This document shows positions 41,346 to 49,670 of a DNA stretch of 51,587 nt, piece by piece (the first letter of the stretch is position 1; each line of letters opens with the position of its first letter). Source of the DNA: Candidatus Dadabacteria bacterium. GTDB lineage: Bacteria; Desulfobacterota_D; UBA1144; Nemesobacterales; CSP1-2. Location: positions 1,928 through 53,514 of the forward strand of contig JAHFBK010000001.1 of NCBI GenBank assembly GCA_023250035.1, read 5' to 3'. Under the pieces are notes generated by a model. It worked only from the letters and a program-made list of their open reading frames with translations, had not been told where the DNA came from and ran no database searches. The translations under genes and the position numbers were made by a program.

Positions 41346-41548
41346 TTCAGAATCAAAGGGATGATATCTAGAAAAGTGTCTTTATTCTTATTCCACAAAG
41401 AGTAAAGTGTTTTCCTTACCATTTCCCAAGACGTACCAGGTTTTCTTAACTCGTTTTTAAGTTTGAGCAATACTCCTTTGAGTTCTTGATCATTTACTCC
41501 GCGGATGTAACTATCTAATTCATCAATATCTTGACTCTTTTGCTCCAT
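41342..41548 (-). CDS. Small hypothetical helical protein (68 aa)
   Basis: Clean ORF with normal composition, divergent from the PBP gene. No recognisable motif. Confidence 0.4.
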   Translation of the reverse strand: MEQKSQDIDELDSYIRGVNDQELKGVLLKLKNELRKPGTSWEMVRKTLYSLWNKNKDTFLDIIPLILK

Positions 41549-41705
41549 GGCTTTTATTATAACAGATCCTTAGTTTTTGTCTTAATTTTACTATTAGTTT
41601 TATAACTCTCTTTCATTAATATAATTAATAGATACTCTAAGTAGGAAGAGACAAAACTTGATATTGTGAAGCTATGACTGTAAATTAAATATAATTAAAA
41701 ATCAG

Positions 41706-44318
41706 ATGAAGCGGCAAATAAACCTGCGCAAAAGAAGTAAAATTAAATCAACTATTATTACTTTTACTATACTTTTAATAATTACTTTTGTATTCATTTA
41801 CAGTGTGTACTGGTACTTCACTCATGACCTGCCAGACCTCACAAAAATCACGGGCTATAAACCCTATCTTACGACAGAAGTTTACTCATCCGATGGCCGA
41901 ATAATCGGAGAGTTTGGAACTGAACGAAGGAAGCTAATCCCATATGAAGAAATCCCGCCACACGTAAAAAATGCATTCATTGCAGTTGAGGATAAGCGCT
42001 TTTTTGAGCATAAAGGGGTTGACCTTAGGCGTATTATTGGTGCGTTATTAAAGAACATTGAAGAAGGTGAGATAGTACAAGGGGGGAGTACAATAACCCA
42101 ACAGGTTGTAAAGAATCTTGTCCTCTCTCCAGAAAGGAGTATCACAAGAAAGATAAAAGAGGCAATCCTTGCGTACAAAATGGAGAAGAATCTTTCAAAA
42201 GAAGAGATTCTTTATATCTACTTTAATCATATTTATTTTGGAGATGGCACCTATGGAATTGAAGCCGCAAGCAGAAACTATTTTAGCAAGTCCGCTACAG
42301 AAATAAATCTTGCAGAGGCTACATTTCTCGCTGCATTACCAAAAGCGCCTGGATACTACAATCCTCGCCTGCATTTCGGTAGGGCAAAGAAAAGACAAGA
42401 ACTCATACTAAAATTAATGGAAGACGAAGGATTCGCAAATAAGGAGCAAATAAAGCAAGCACAAGAATACAAGATTGCAATTGCACCAAAGAGAAATACT
42501 AATCTTGAAGTGGCTCCATATTTTGCAGAACTCGTTAGACAATATATAGAAAACAAATATGGCTCAAAAGCTCTTATTGAAGGGGGATACACAGTTTTTA
42601 CCACACTGGACATTGACCTAAGCCTAGCTGGAGAGTGGGCTTTAAAAGAGGGAATTATAGAACTCGAGTCAAGGCAAGGGAATCCAATTGTCATTAAGCA
42701 TTTAAATAATCAAAAGGAAATAGATACATACAGAGATTCACAAAATATCGGCAGCTTAGAGAAGGACAAATCTTATCAAGGTACAGTTCTCAGTGTCACA
42801 AAAGATAATTCAACAAATATTTTTACTGCAGTAATCGGGGTTGGTAAATACTTAGGGAATCTCAAGTTTACAGTAAGTTCACTCCTACCAAATCTACAAC
42901 AGAACCCTCAGAACTCACTTTCTAACAAATATACGTCACCCTATGCTTATAATAATATAGACTTACTCCCCTTCGAGTTACGAGTTGGCGATGTAGTTAA
43001 AGTAAAAGCTCTCAAGGAGGGAAAAAGGAATTATATTATGTCCCTTGATTTCACACCTGAATCTCAGGGGGCACTCTTAGCTATGGATGTAAGCTCAGGC
43101 GAGATTAAAGCAATAATTGGAGGGTACGATTTCAGAGATTCACAGTTTAACAGGGCAACACAGGCACTTAGACAACCCGGCTCCTCATTTAAGCCAATTG
43201 TGTATGCAGCAGCAATAGATAAAGGCTATACAGAAACGACTTTTGTCTATGATATGCCAGTTACAATTAAGGATTGGGTTCCTCAGAACTACGATGGTAG
43301 CTATCTAGGTGAGATCCCTATGAGAGAGGCTTTAGCAAAATCAAGAAATCTAGCAAGTGTAAGGATTCTAATGGATATAAATCCTAGTTACGCAGTAAAT
43401 TACGCAAAGAAGCTTGGCTTCACCTCCCATCTAAGTCCATACCTAGCTCTTGCCCTTGGTGGGTCAGATGTAAGGCTTATAGAGATGGTAAAGGCATTTA
43501 ACGTCTTTGCTTCTGGTGGTAGACTCGTCGAACCTAAATTCATACTTCGTATATACGACCGAGACGGCAAGCTAGTTGAAGAAGGCACAACCTGGAAATA
43601 CATTACTACAGAAGAGGCCGAAAAGGCCGAGAGAGAACGAAAAAGGCTTGATATTCTTAATCAAATTGCAAAGAGTCTCGGTAGAAGCGTTTTTACAAAG
43701 GAAACCAAAACTAAAGAAGATGACCTTGCTCAAAATAACCTAGATGACGAGGATTCAAAAAGCGAATTTCTTACTGCAAAGGAGTTTTTGAGGCTTATAC
43801 GAAAGGGTGATTCCAAAAGCTTAACTCCTTCCAAGATCGGAGAACAAGTTATAAGTCCTGAGACTGCTTATATAATGACTGATATGCTTCAAGCAGTTAT
43901 AAGGGAAGGGACAGGGAGAAGTGCGCTTGAACTTACCTCAATTGCTCCAGTTGCAGGAAAAACTGGAACTACAAACGATTTTACAGATGCTTGGTTTATC
44001 GGGTTTAGTCCAAAGATAATTGCTGGAGTCTGGATGGGCAACGATAATCACAAGTCAATCGGAGAAGGGGAGGTTGGTGGAAAAGCAGCACTCCCTATAT
44101 GGATAGATTTTATGAAAGCAGCACTCAGTAAATACCCAAGCGGTAATTTTAAGGTTCCGGGTAGAATACAATTTGTAAGCACGCCCTATGGGTTTATACC
44201 TTATAAATTTGATTCGTCCCCTACAACAATTGATTTTGGAGGAACGGCAAACAACTATGAAGATACTGCATCAACTTCCTCATCTGGAAGCGAAATTGAT
44301 TTTCTAATACGCCGCTAA
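41706..44318 (+). CDS. mrcA: Class A penicillin-binding protein (PBP1A-type transglycosylase/transpeptidase)
   Basis: N-terminal TM helix. GT51 motifs are EDKRFFEHKG and GGSTITQQ; transpeptidase motifs are SSFKP, SRN and KTGTT. There is an inter-domain insertion and a Ser/Thr-rich C-terminal tail. Confidence 0.93.
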   Translation: MKRQINLRKRSKIKSTIITFTILLIITFVFIYSVYWYFTHDLPDLTKITGYKPYLTTEVYSSDGRIIGEFGTERRKLIPYEEIPPHVKNAFIAVEDKRFFEHKGVDLRRIIGALLKNIEEGEIVQGGSTITQQVVKNLVLSPERSITRKIKEAILAYKMEKNLSKEEILYIYFNHIYFGDGTYGIEAASRNYFSKSATEINLAEATFLAALPKAPGYYNPRLHFGRAKKRQELILKLMEDEGFANKEQIKQAQEYKIAIAPKRNTNLEVAPYFAELVRQYIENKYGSKALIEGGYTVFTTLDIDLSLAGEWALKEGIIELESRQGNPIVIKHLNNQKEIDTYRDSQNIGSLEKDKSYQGTVLSVTKDNSTNIFTAVIGVGKYLGNLKFTVSSLLPNLQQNPQNSLSNKYTSPYAYNNIDLLPFELRVGDVVKVKALKEGKRNYIMSLDFTPESQGALLAMDVSSGEIKAIIGGYDFRDSQFNRATQALRQPGSSFKPIVYAAAIDKGYTETTFVYDMPVTIKDWVPQNYDGSYLGEIPMREALAKSRNLASVRILMDINPSYAVNYAKKLGFTSHLSPYLALALGGSDVRLIEMVKAFNVFASGGRLVEPKFILRIYDRDGKLVEEGTTWKYITTEEAEKAERERKRLDILNQIAKSLGRSVFTKETKTKEDDLAQNNLDDEDSKSEFLTAKEFLRLIRKGDSKSLTPSKIGEQVISPETAYIMTDMLQAVIREGTGRSALELTSIAPVAGKTGTTNDFTDAWFIGFSPKIIAGVWMGNDNHKSIGEGEVGGKAALPIWIDFMKAALSKYPSGNFKVPGRIQFVSTPYGFIPYKFDSSPTTIDFGGTANNYEDTASTSSSGSEIDFLIRR

Positions 44319-44845
44319 TCTAAATTAATAGAGGGTTTTATTGCTTCAATCTTTTTCTTACCAAACCCCTTTACATTATCTAACTCATCAACGCTTTTAA
44401 AACTACCGTTTAGCTTTTTATATTCAACGATTCTTTCAGCCAGTTTAATTCCGACGCCCGGGAGCGCCGTTAAGTCATCTATGCTAGCTGAATTTAGCCC
44501 TATAGGAATACCAAGGGCGACGCTCTTTTTACCACTTATTCTAGAAAGTGAGGCAGTGCCATCATCATGTATTATAATCTTATCACCGGATTTTATTTTT
44601 GTATAAAGAGATGAAGGAATTGCACCTTCTAGCTCTTGAGAACTACGTACAGCATCCACAACTGGAAACTCATCAGGGTTGCTTACCTCGATATAAAACT
44701 TAGAGGAGGATGATACATCTTTAGCTTTCGAGGAATCCTTAAAAGTGTAATTTTGAATTAGATAAAAAATTAAACAGCAAAATGCTAAGCATAAGATCGG
44801 TTGGCTATGAAATATTAATAAGATACTTGTTTTGATTTTTGTCAT
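44315..44845 (-). CDS. comEA: ComEA-family helix-hairpin-helix DNA-binding protein
   Basis: N-terminal TM helix, an SLBB-like middle region, and C-terminal tandem HhH (LTALPGVGIKLAERIVEYK...F.SVDELDNVKGFGKKK). Confidence 0.85.
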   Translation of the reverse strand: MTKIKTSILLIFHSQPILCLAFCCLIFYLIQNYTFKDSSKAKDVSSSSKFYIEVSNPDEFPVVDAVRSSQELEGAIPSSLYTKIKSGDKIIIHDDGTASLSRISGKKSVALGIPIGLNSASIDDLTALPGVGIKLAERIVEYKKLNGSFKSVDELDNVKGFGKKKIEAIKPSINLD

Positions 44846-44903
44846 TGATTGTTGGTTCTCGTTCTTTACATAAATGCGGGTGATATATACCTATAATGGC
44901 CCA

Positions 44904-45791
44904 TTAAAAGACCCCTTTTACCAAACCACCGTCTACTTGGATAGTCGTCCCTGTAATATAGCTTGCTCGCTCAGAAACAAGGAATGCAACAAGGTTTGCA
45001 AGTTCATCAGCTTTTCCAAGTCTTCTTGCAGGAATGTCTTGCTCCCATGACCTTATTACTTCTTCAACCCCAATATTGTTTCTTTTAGCTCTCTCCTCAG
45101 CAAGTTGAATAATCCTATCCGTAAGAATTCTACCTGGGCAGACGTTGTTTATAAGTATATTATCTTTAGCAAACTCATTTGAGATGCTTTTTGCAAACCC
45201 AATTACTCCAGCCCTTGCTGTGTTAGAGAGAATTAAACCATCTATGGGTTGTTTTACAGCGGAAGAGGTGATATTAACGATCCTTCCCCATTTTTGCCTT
45301 TGCATGTAAGGGATAACTTCTCGAGTAAAATTAATTGTGCTTAGTAAATTAAGTTCTAAAGCTCTGAGCCAGTCATCACGAGAAAAACTGAGAAAATCCC
45401 CAAGAGGAGGGCCACCAGCATTATTTACAAGAATATGTACAGTTCCATATCTATTGACTGTTTGAGAAACAATTTTGCTGATGTCATCTACCTTAGAGAC
45501 ATCCGCTACCATTGATAAAACCTCCGCGCCTGTTTTTAACTCAATTTCCTTTGTTGTATTCTCTAGGTCAGACTCACCTCTTGCGAAGATGGTTAGTCTT
45601 GCTCCTTCTTCAGCAAGCCTAAAGGCAATTGCCTTTCCTAATCCCTTGCTTGAAGCTGCTACTATCGCAACTTTGTTTTCTATACCTAGATCCATATTTT
45701 TAGAACTTATAATTTTTATTTCAAACAATATAAACTCAATAAATAGATAGAACAAGTTTCCTGAGGAACACTGCAGCAAGGGCATCAGCAT
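44904..45791 (-). CDS. Short-chain dehydrogenase/reductase (FabG-like)
   Basis: The cofactor motif is ASSKGLG in the TGxxxGxG position (VAIVAASSKGLGKAI), with NNAG present. The real start is most likely ATG 45695 (MDLGIENKVAIV...); the upstream 32 codons look spurious. Confidence 0.88.
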   Translation of the reverse strand: MLMPLLQCSSGNLFYLFIEFILFEIKIISSKNMDLGIENKVAIVAASSKGLGKAIAFRLAEEGARLTIFARGESDLENTTKEIELKTGAEVLSMVADVSKVDDISKIVSQTVNRYGTVHILVNNAGGPPLGDFLSFSRDDWLRALELNLLSTINFTREVIPYMQRQKWGRIVNITSSAVKQPIDGLILSNTARAGVIGFAKSISNEFAKDNILINNVCPGRILTDRIIQLAEERAKRNNIGVEEVIRSWEQDIPARRLGKADELANLVAFLVSERASYITGTTIQVDGGLVKGVF

Positions 45792-45832
45792 TTAGACAGA
45801 CATTCCCTTCTGTGGCTGCGAGGAACCCTTCG

Positions 45833-45879
45833 ACGTAGTTTACCCTGAGCGAAGCTGAAGGGCTCAGTGTAAACTACGT
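45833..45879. repeat. Long imperfect palindrome (18-bp stem, 1 mismatch)
   Basis: ACGTAGTTTACCCTGAGC (45833-45850) pairs with GCTCAGTGTAAACTACGT (45862-45879), with an 11-nt loop. Confidence 0.8.
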
Positions 45880-45900
45880 GAAGCAATTCGATGCTTGCCT

Positions 45901-45971
45901 GTCATTGCGAGCGCTAGCGAAGCAATCTCGTCTTTATTGGATTGCTTCGTCGTTTAACTCCTCGCAATGAC
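45901..45971. repeat. GTCATTGCGAG-box two-tier palindromic element (best copy)
   Basis: The outer stem pairs GTCATTGCGAG (45901-45911) with CTCGCAATGAC (45961-45971), 11/11. The inner stem pairs GAAGCAATC (45919-45927) with GATTGCTTC (45940-45948), 9/9. An asymmetric internal loop lies between them. Confidence 0.85.
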
Positions 45972-46076
45972 ATTCCCGTGTTGTCATAACGATGATAATG
46001 GAAATCCTGTAAGAAACTATAAGCAATTGTCAAGCCAAATACATATGAAATCAGTTTAGTATGTAGACATTTTTGA

Positions 46077-46085
46077 TGCTATAAT
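46077..46085 (+). promoter_or_regulatory. Candidate extended -10 (TGcTATAAT) upstream of the DUF1802 gene
   Basis: TGCTATAAT at 46077-46085, about 30 nt before ATG 46116. Confidence 0.3.
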
Positions 46086-46115
46086 CATCTTGTAAATATC
46101 TAACGAGGGAAATGC

Positions 46116-46703
46116 ATGATATCTAGGAGCAACATAGCCCTTAAAGAATGGGCGGTTACTATTAAGGCTCTAGATGAAGGAATACAGACAATTCTCTTTA
46201 GAAAAGGTGGAATACACGAAGAGGGTAGGGAATTCAGAATAGAGCATGATAGATTTCTGCTTTATCCAACATATGAACACCAAAGAGAGGAATTGCTTAA
46301 AGATAAATTTAGGAAGGAGCTATACACGATTCTTCATGACTTGAATGATACTAAAACACTAAAAATTAGAAATTGGGCTACTATTTCGCATATAGCAGAA
46401 ATAACCCAAATGGCACAAATCAACGCACTATCACCATACTATATATGGAATAATGATTATTTGTATGAAAGACTCAAATGGCGTCCTAGGAAACCGCTTT
46501 ATATGCTATTTCTAAAGGTATACAGACTCTTAGAGCCCAAAACTATCGTGATAATCCCTGAATACAGTGGTTGTAAATCCTGGGTTAATATGAGAAAAGA
46601 GTTTTCCCTTGTTGAGTCAAGGCCTGTATTAAATGATCATGAATTCGATCAAAGTCTAGAAACGATAAAATCCATACTACAAAAATCCTTATTTAGTGTT
46701 TAA
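46116..46703 (+). CDS. DUF1802-family protein (uncharacterised)
   Basis: 195 aa. The N-terminus IALKEWAVTIKALDEGIQTILFRKGGIHE..F......FLLYPTYEHQ matches my recollection of the DUF1802 family pattern. Confidence 0.65.
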   Translation: MISRSNIALKEWAVTIKALDEGIQTILFRKGGIHEEGREFRIEHDRFLLYPTYEHQREELLKDKFRKELYTILHDLNDTKTLKIRNWATISHIAEITQMAQINALSPYYIWNNDYLYERLKWRPRKPLYMLFLKVYRLLEPKTIVIIPEYSGCKSWVNMRKEFSLVESRPVLNDHEFDQSLETIKSILQKSLFSV

Positions 46704-46813
46704 ATTGTAAGTTATATAAAGGGTTAATATGCGAAGGATAAATCGACTTATGGGCCTATATAGGTTAATTAATTTTAATAATTATTACTGGTAGTTAGAG
46801 CCAATCCTTAAAA

Positions 46814-47140
46814 TTATATCTTAACGTCACTTTTCTCCATATTTGGCAGACCAGATTTTGTAGGCTTCTTAGGTTTCGATTCCTCATCCTTTTTACTACT
46901 ACCGTTGTTAGAATCAGAAAGGGCAGGGTTATCTTTAGCTATATCTGGTGGTATTCCAGGTCCCTTTGCATAATCTGTGGCATACCATCCTGTTCCAGTA
47001 AGTTGAAAAGAGGATAGAGAAATTATGCGATGCACTTTTCCCTTACAGTATTTGCACCTTTTTAATGGTGAGTCATTAAAACCCTGTAGCGCCTCGGTTA
47101 CCCGATTGCATTTCTCACATTCATATTCATAAATCGGCAT
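46814..47140 (-). CDS. FmdB-family zinc-ribbon protein (CxxC_CxxC_SSSS)
   Basis: MPIYEYECEKC...CKYCKG with the typical N-terminal signature, followed by a low-complexity Lys/Ser-rich tail. Confidence 0.85.
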   Translation of the reverse strand: MPIYEYECEKCNRVTEALQGFNDSPLKRCKYCKGKVHRIISLSSFQLTGTGWYATDYAKGPGIPPDIAKDNPALSDSNNGSSKKDEESKPKKPTKSGLPNMEKSDVKI

Positions 47141-47534
47141 TGTTTATACTCCTTTCGAATTGGCTATATTAAATTTAAATTAATATAATAATAAATATCT
47201 TAACATTCAAGGGATTAATTTATAGAAGCTGATGAGAAGGCTAGTTTTTATCCTTATGATCATTTCTTTACTTGAAACCAGGATCACGCCATAAAAGACT
47301 AGGAACAGTTCCTATAAATGTCGGAGCAGTATTTGCGTTATGAGTATTTCATTGTTATAAAGATCTTGAAATATAGCTCAAATTGAGGCTTTTCTAGTTG
47401 ACATAATATATCTTATCAGACGTTATTGATGTTAATCACTGGCTTAGGTTACGAATTATGTAAGCTATTAATAATATAATTTGAAAGGTTTGCATATTAT
47501 CGGTAGCAACTCAAATTCGAAGAATAAATTTGGA

Positions 47535-47807
47535 CTAGTCTATGAATCGGCATGCAGTAAAGTTATCTCTCCACTTTGGCTCTCCATGAACCCTATTCAT
47601 TGTATTTTGCCAGCTATTTACAACTGTCTCATCATTCGTGTTCTTAGTAGTGTTACCTTCACATATGCACCCTGTGTTACATTGATCAAGGCGTCCAGTC
47701 TGACTCACAGCCGTTACGAAATAGTGCTCAATGTTCTGATCGCACGAGTACACTGCATATACAGATACAAAAGTGTCGAAGGATCCATGTATTAGGCTGA
47801 GTTTCAC
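47535..47807 (-). CDS. Doubtful 90-codon GTG-initiated ORF with 5 Cys; possibly a gene remnant
   Basis: This is the only ORF over 60 aa in an 820-bp gap. The local G+C looks higher than the flanks, an equally long ORF lies on the opposite strand, the RBS is weak, and there is no family match by eye. Confidence 0.2.
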   Translation of the reverse strand: MKLSLIHGSFDTFVSVYAVYSCDQNIEHYFVTAVSQTGRLDQCNTGCICEGNTTKNTNDETVVNSWQNTMNRVHGEPKWRDNFTACRFID

Positions 47808-47862
47808 GCCTAGCCTGTACTGAGCAACAGCGAAGTGCTTAAGATCACGCTACCATCCCCAT

Positions 47863-47887
47863 GTCATTCCGAACTGATGCGAGGAAT
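47863..47887. repeat. Degenerate GTCATTCC...GCGAGGAAT hairpin element
   Basis: GTCATTCC (47863-47870), an 8-nt spacer, then GCGAGGAAT (47879-47887). The same word pair occurs at 45801-45825 (CATTCC..GCGAGGAA). Confidence 0.6.
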
Positions 47888-47961
47888 CTAAAAAAACATT
47901 TCAAAGTTGTTTAACTCCTACTAAATGACATAACCGAATAAATTCATTAAAATTTGTCAAG

Positions 47962-49521
47962 ATGGATTTTTATAGAAGTGAGATCTGTAATGAGGACGGA
48001 ATAAATAAAAAGCTAATACTCACATTTATAGCAATGGGGGTAGGGATATTTCTTATAGGCGTTGATGTCGCTGCTATAAACGTTGCCCTTCCAGCAGTTG
48101 AAAAAGCATTTGGAATTAAAATTGGCACAGTTGAATGGATTGTTAATGGATATATCCTCGCTTTTGCTGTTTTAATGGTTACATGCGGGAGATTGGCTGA
48201 TTTGTATGGACGCAGAAAGATATTCTTCATTGGTTTAATAATTTTCGCTATTGCCTCTTTTGTTGGAGGTTTATCAGGGAACACAGGACTATTAATTACT
48301 GCAAGGATTTTTCAAGGCGCTGGAGCGGCGTTTCTCTGGCCTTCAATTGTTGGAATTTGCTATTCCTCGGTCAACGAATCGCAAAAGAGCTATGCGGTTG
48401 GGTTGGTTATCGGGGCTGTAGCTATAGGGAATGGAGCGGGTCCTTTGATTGGGGGTTTACTAACGGAGTACTTATCTTGGCGATGGGTTTTACTTTTTAA
48501 TGTGCCCCTCGCAATATTGGTGGGTTTTATAACTCTTTTCGTGGTTAAGGAACAATCCTCTGAGGGTGAACAAAAGGGGATTGATTTATTGGGTATTCTG
48601 ACAATTTCATTGTCAATCGTTTCGCTCTTGTATGCCATAGATCAATCTAGCGTTTGGGAATGGAGTTCAATTAAAACAATTGGTTTGATTCTATTGTTTT
48701 TGGTTTTACTGATTCTTTTTATCAATATAGAACAAAAACAGAGGACGGCGCTTATACCCAATGATGTTATGCACAATACAAACTTCATGCTAAAGTGTGT
48801 AGTCATGGCGGCTGTAATACCCACATTTTTCTGTATTTTACTTTATCTTCCTCAATATTTAGAAAAATTTAGTAATTTCTCACCCCTTGGTTCTGGAGCT
48901 GCATTAGCTCCTATGCTACTGAGTTTTGCAATTACTTCTCCGATCTCCGGGAAAATATACAATTCGCTGGGAGGAAAATTGTCTATTTTTATAGGTGTCT
49001 TATTAACCTCAATCGGGGCATTTTTTACCGCTATATTTGGGTTTGGAGGTAATTATTTTTGGATAATTCCTGGATTAATAATAGTTGGTACAGGTATTGG
49101 TATATCAGTCCCATCTATAACAACCGCTGCTGTAGGATCAGTTAAAGAATCTAGAGTCAGTTTAGCTGGTGGAATAGTTTTCATGTTCCAGCTAGCCGGG
49201 GCCGCATTGGGATTAGCAATTATCACAACTATTTTTACAGATGTCGCTTCAGGAGATCTCATTAACAGTATTAATAATGCGGGAATACAGTTATCTGAAG
49301 ATGAGCTTTCGAATGTTAAAAGCTTTATACTTGGAAGCGGCAGCGAAAAAGTATTAGAAGAAGAGCTTGGCAGTAAGCTTTGGAGTAGTGTAATAAAGCA
49401 TGCGGTACATTCGTACGTGAAAGGTGTTGAAAATGGATTGATAGTCTCCGGCATTATCGCTTTGTTTGGGGCTGTAGTAAGCCTGATATCTGTAAAAAAC
49501 AGGGATGTGTTTCAGAGATAA
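47962..49521 (+). CDS. MFS transporter, DHA2 (EmrB/QacA, 14-TM) drug:H+ antiporter family
   Basis: 519 aa with about 14 hydrophobic segments, motif A-like GRLADLYGRRKIF, and FQGAGAA in TM5. No obvious SD precedes the ATG, so the start is uncertain. Confidence 0.88.
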   Translation: MDFYRSEICNEDGINKKLILTFIAMGVGIFLIGVDVAAINVALPAVEKAFGIKIGTVEWIVNGYILAFAVLMVTCGRLADLYGRRKIFFIGLIIFAIASFVGGLSGNTGLLITARIFQGAGAAFLWPSIVGICYSSVNESQKSYAVGLVIGAVAIGNGAGPLIGGLLTEYLSWRWVLLFNVPLAILVGFITLFVVKEQSSEGEQKGIDLLGILTISLSIVSLLYAIDQSSVWEWSSIKTIGLILLFLVLLILFINIEQKQRTALIPNDVMHNTNFMLKCVVMAAVIPTFFCILLYLPQYLEKFSNFSPLGSGAALAPMLLSFAITSPISGKIYNSLGGKLSIFIGVLLTSIGAFFTAIFGFGGNYFWIIPGLIIVGTGIGISVPSITTAAVGSVKESRVSLAGGIVFMFQLAGAALGLAIITTIFTDVASGDLINSINNAGIQLSEDELSNVKSFILGSGSEKVLEEELGSKLWSSVIKHAVHSYVKGVENGLIVSGIIALFGAVVSLISVKNRDVFQR

Positions 49522-49534
49522 GATTCTCTATACT

Positions 49535-49605
49535 GTCATTGCGAGGAATGAAGTGACGAAGCAATCTCAAAGAGGTGAGATCGCTTCGCTTGCGCTCGCG
49601 ATAAC
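49535..49605. repeat. GTCATTGCGAG-box two-tier palindromic element (degenerate copy)
   Basis: The left arm (GTCATTGCGAG 49535-49545 and GAAGCAATCTC 49558-49568) pairs with the right arm (GAGATCGCTTC 49577-49587 and CTCGCGATAAC 49595-49605), with 3 mismatches. Confidence 0.75.
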
Positions 49606-49670
49606 TATGGAAACTCTAAGCAAACAACAGGGAATTCTCAAGTTAAATTATCGATTAAAGGGCGGTTACA

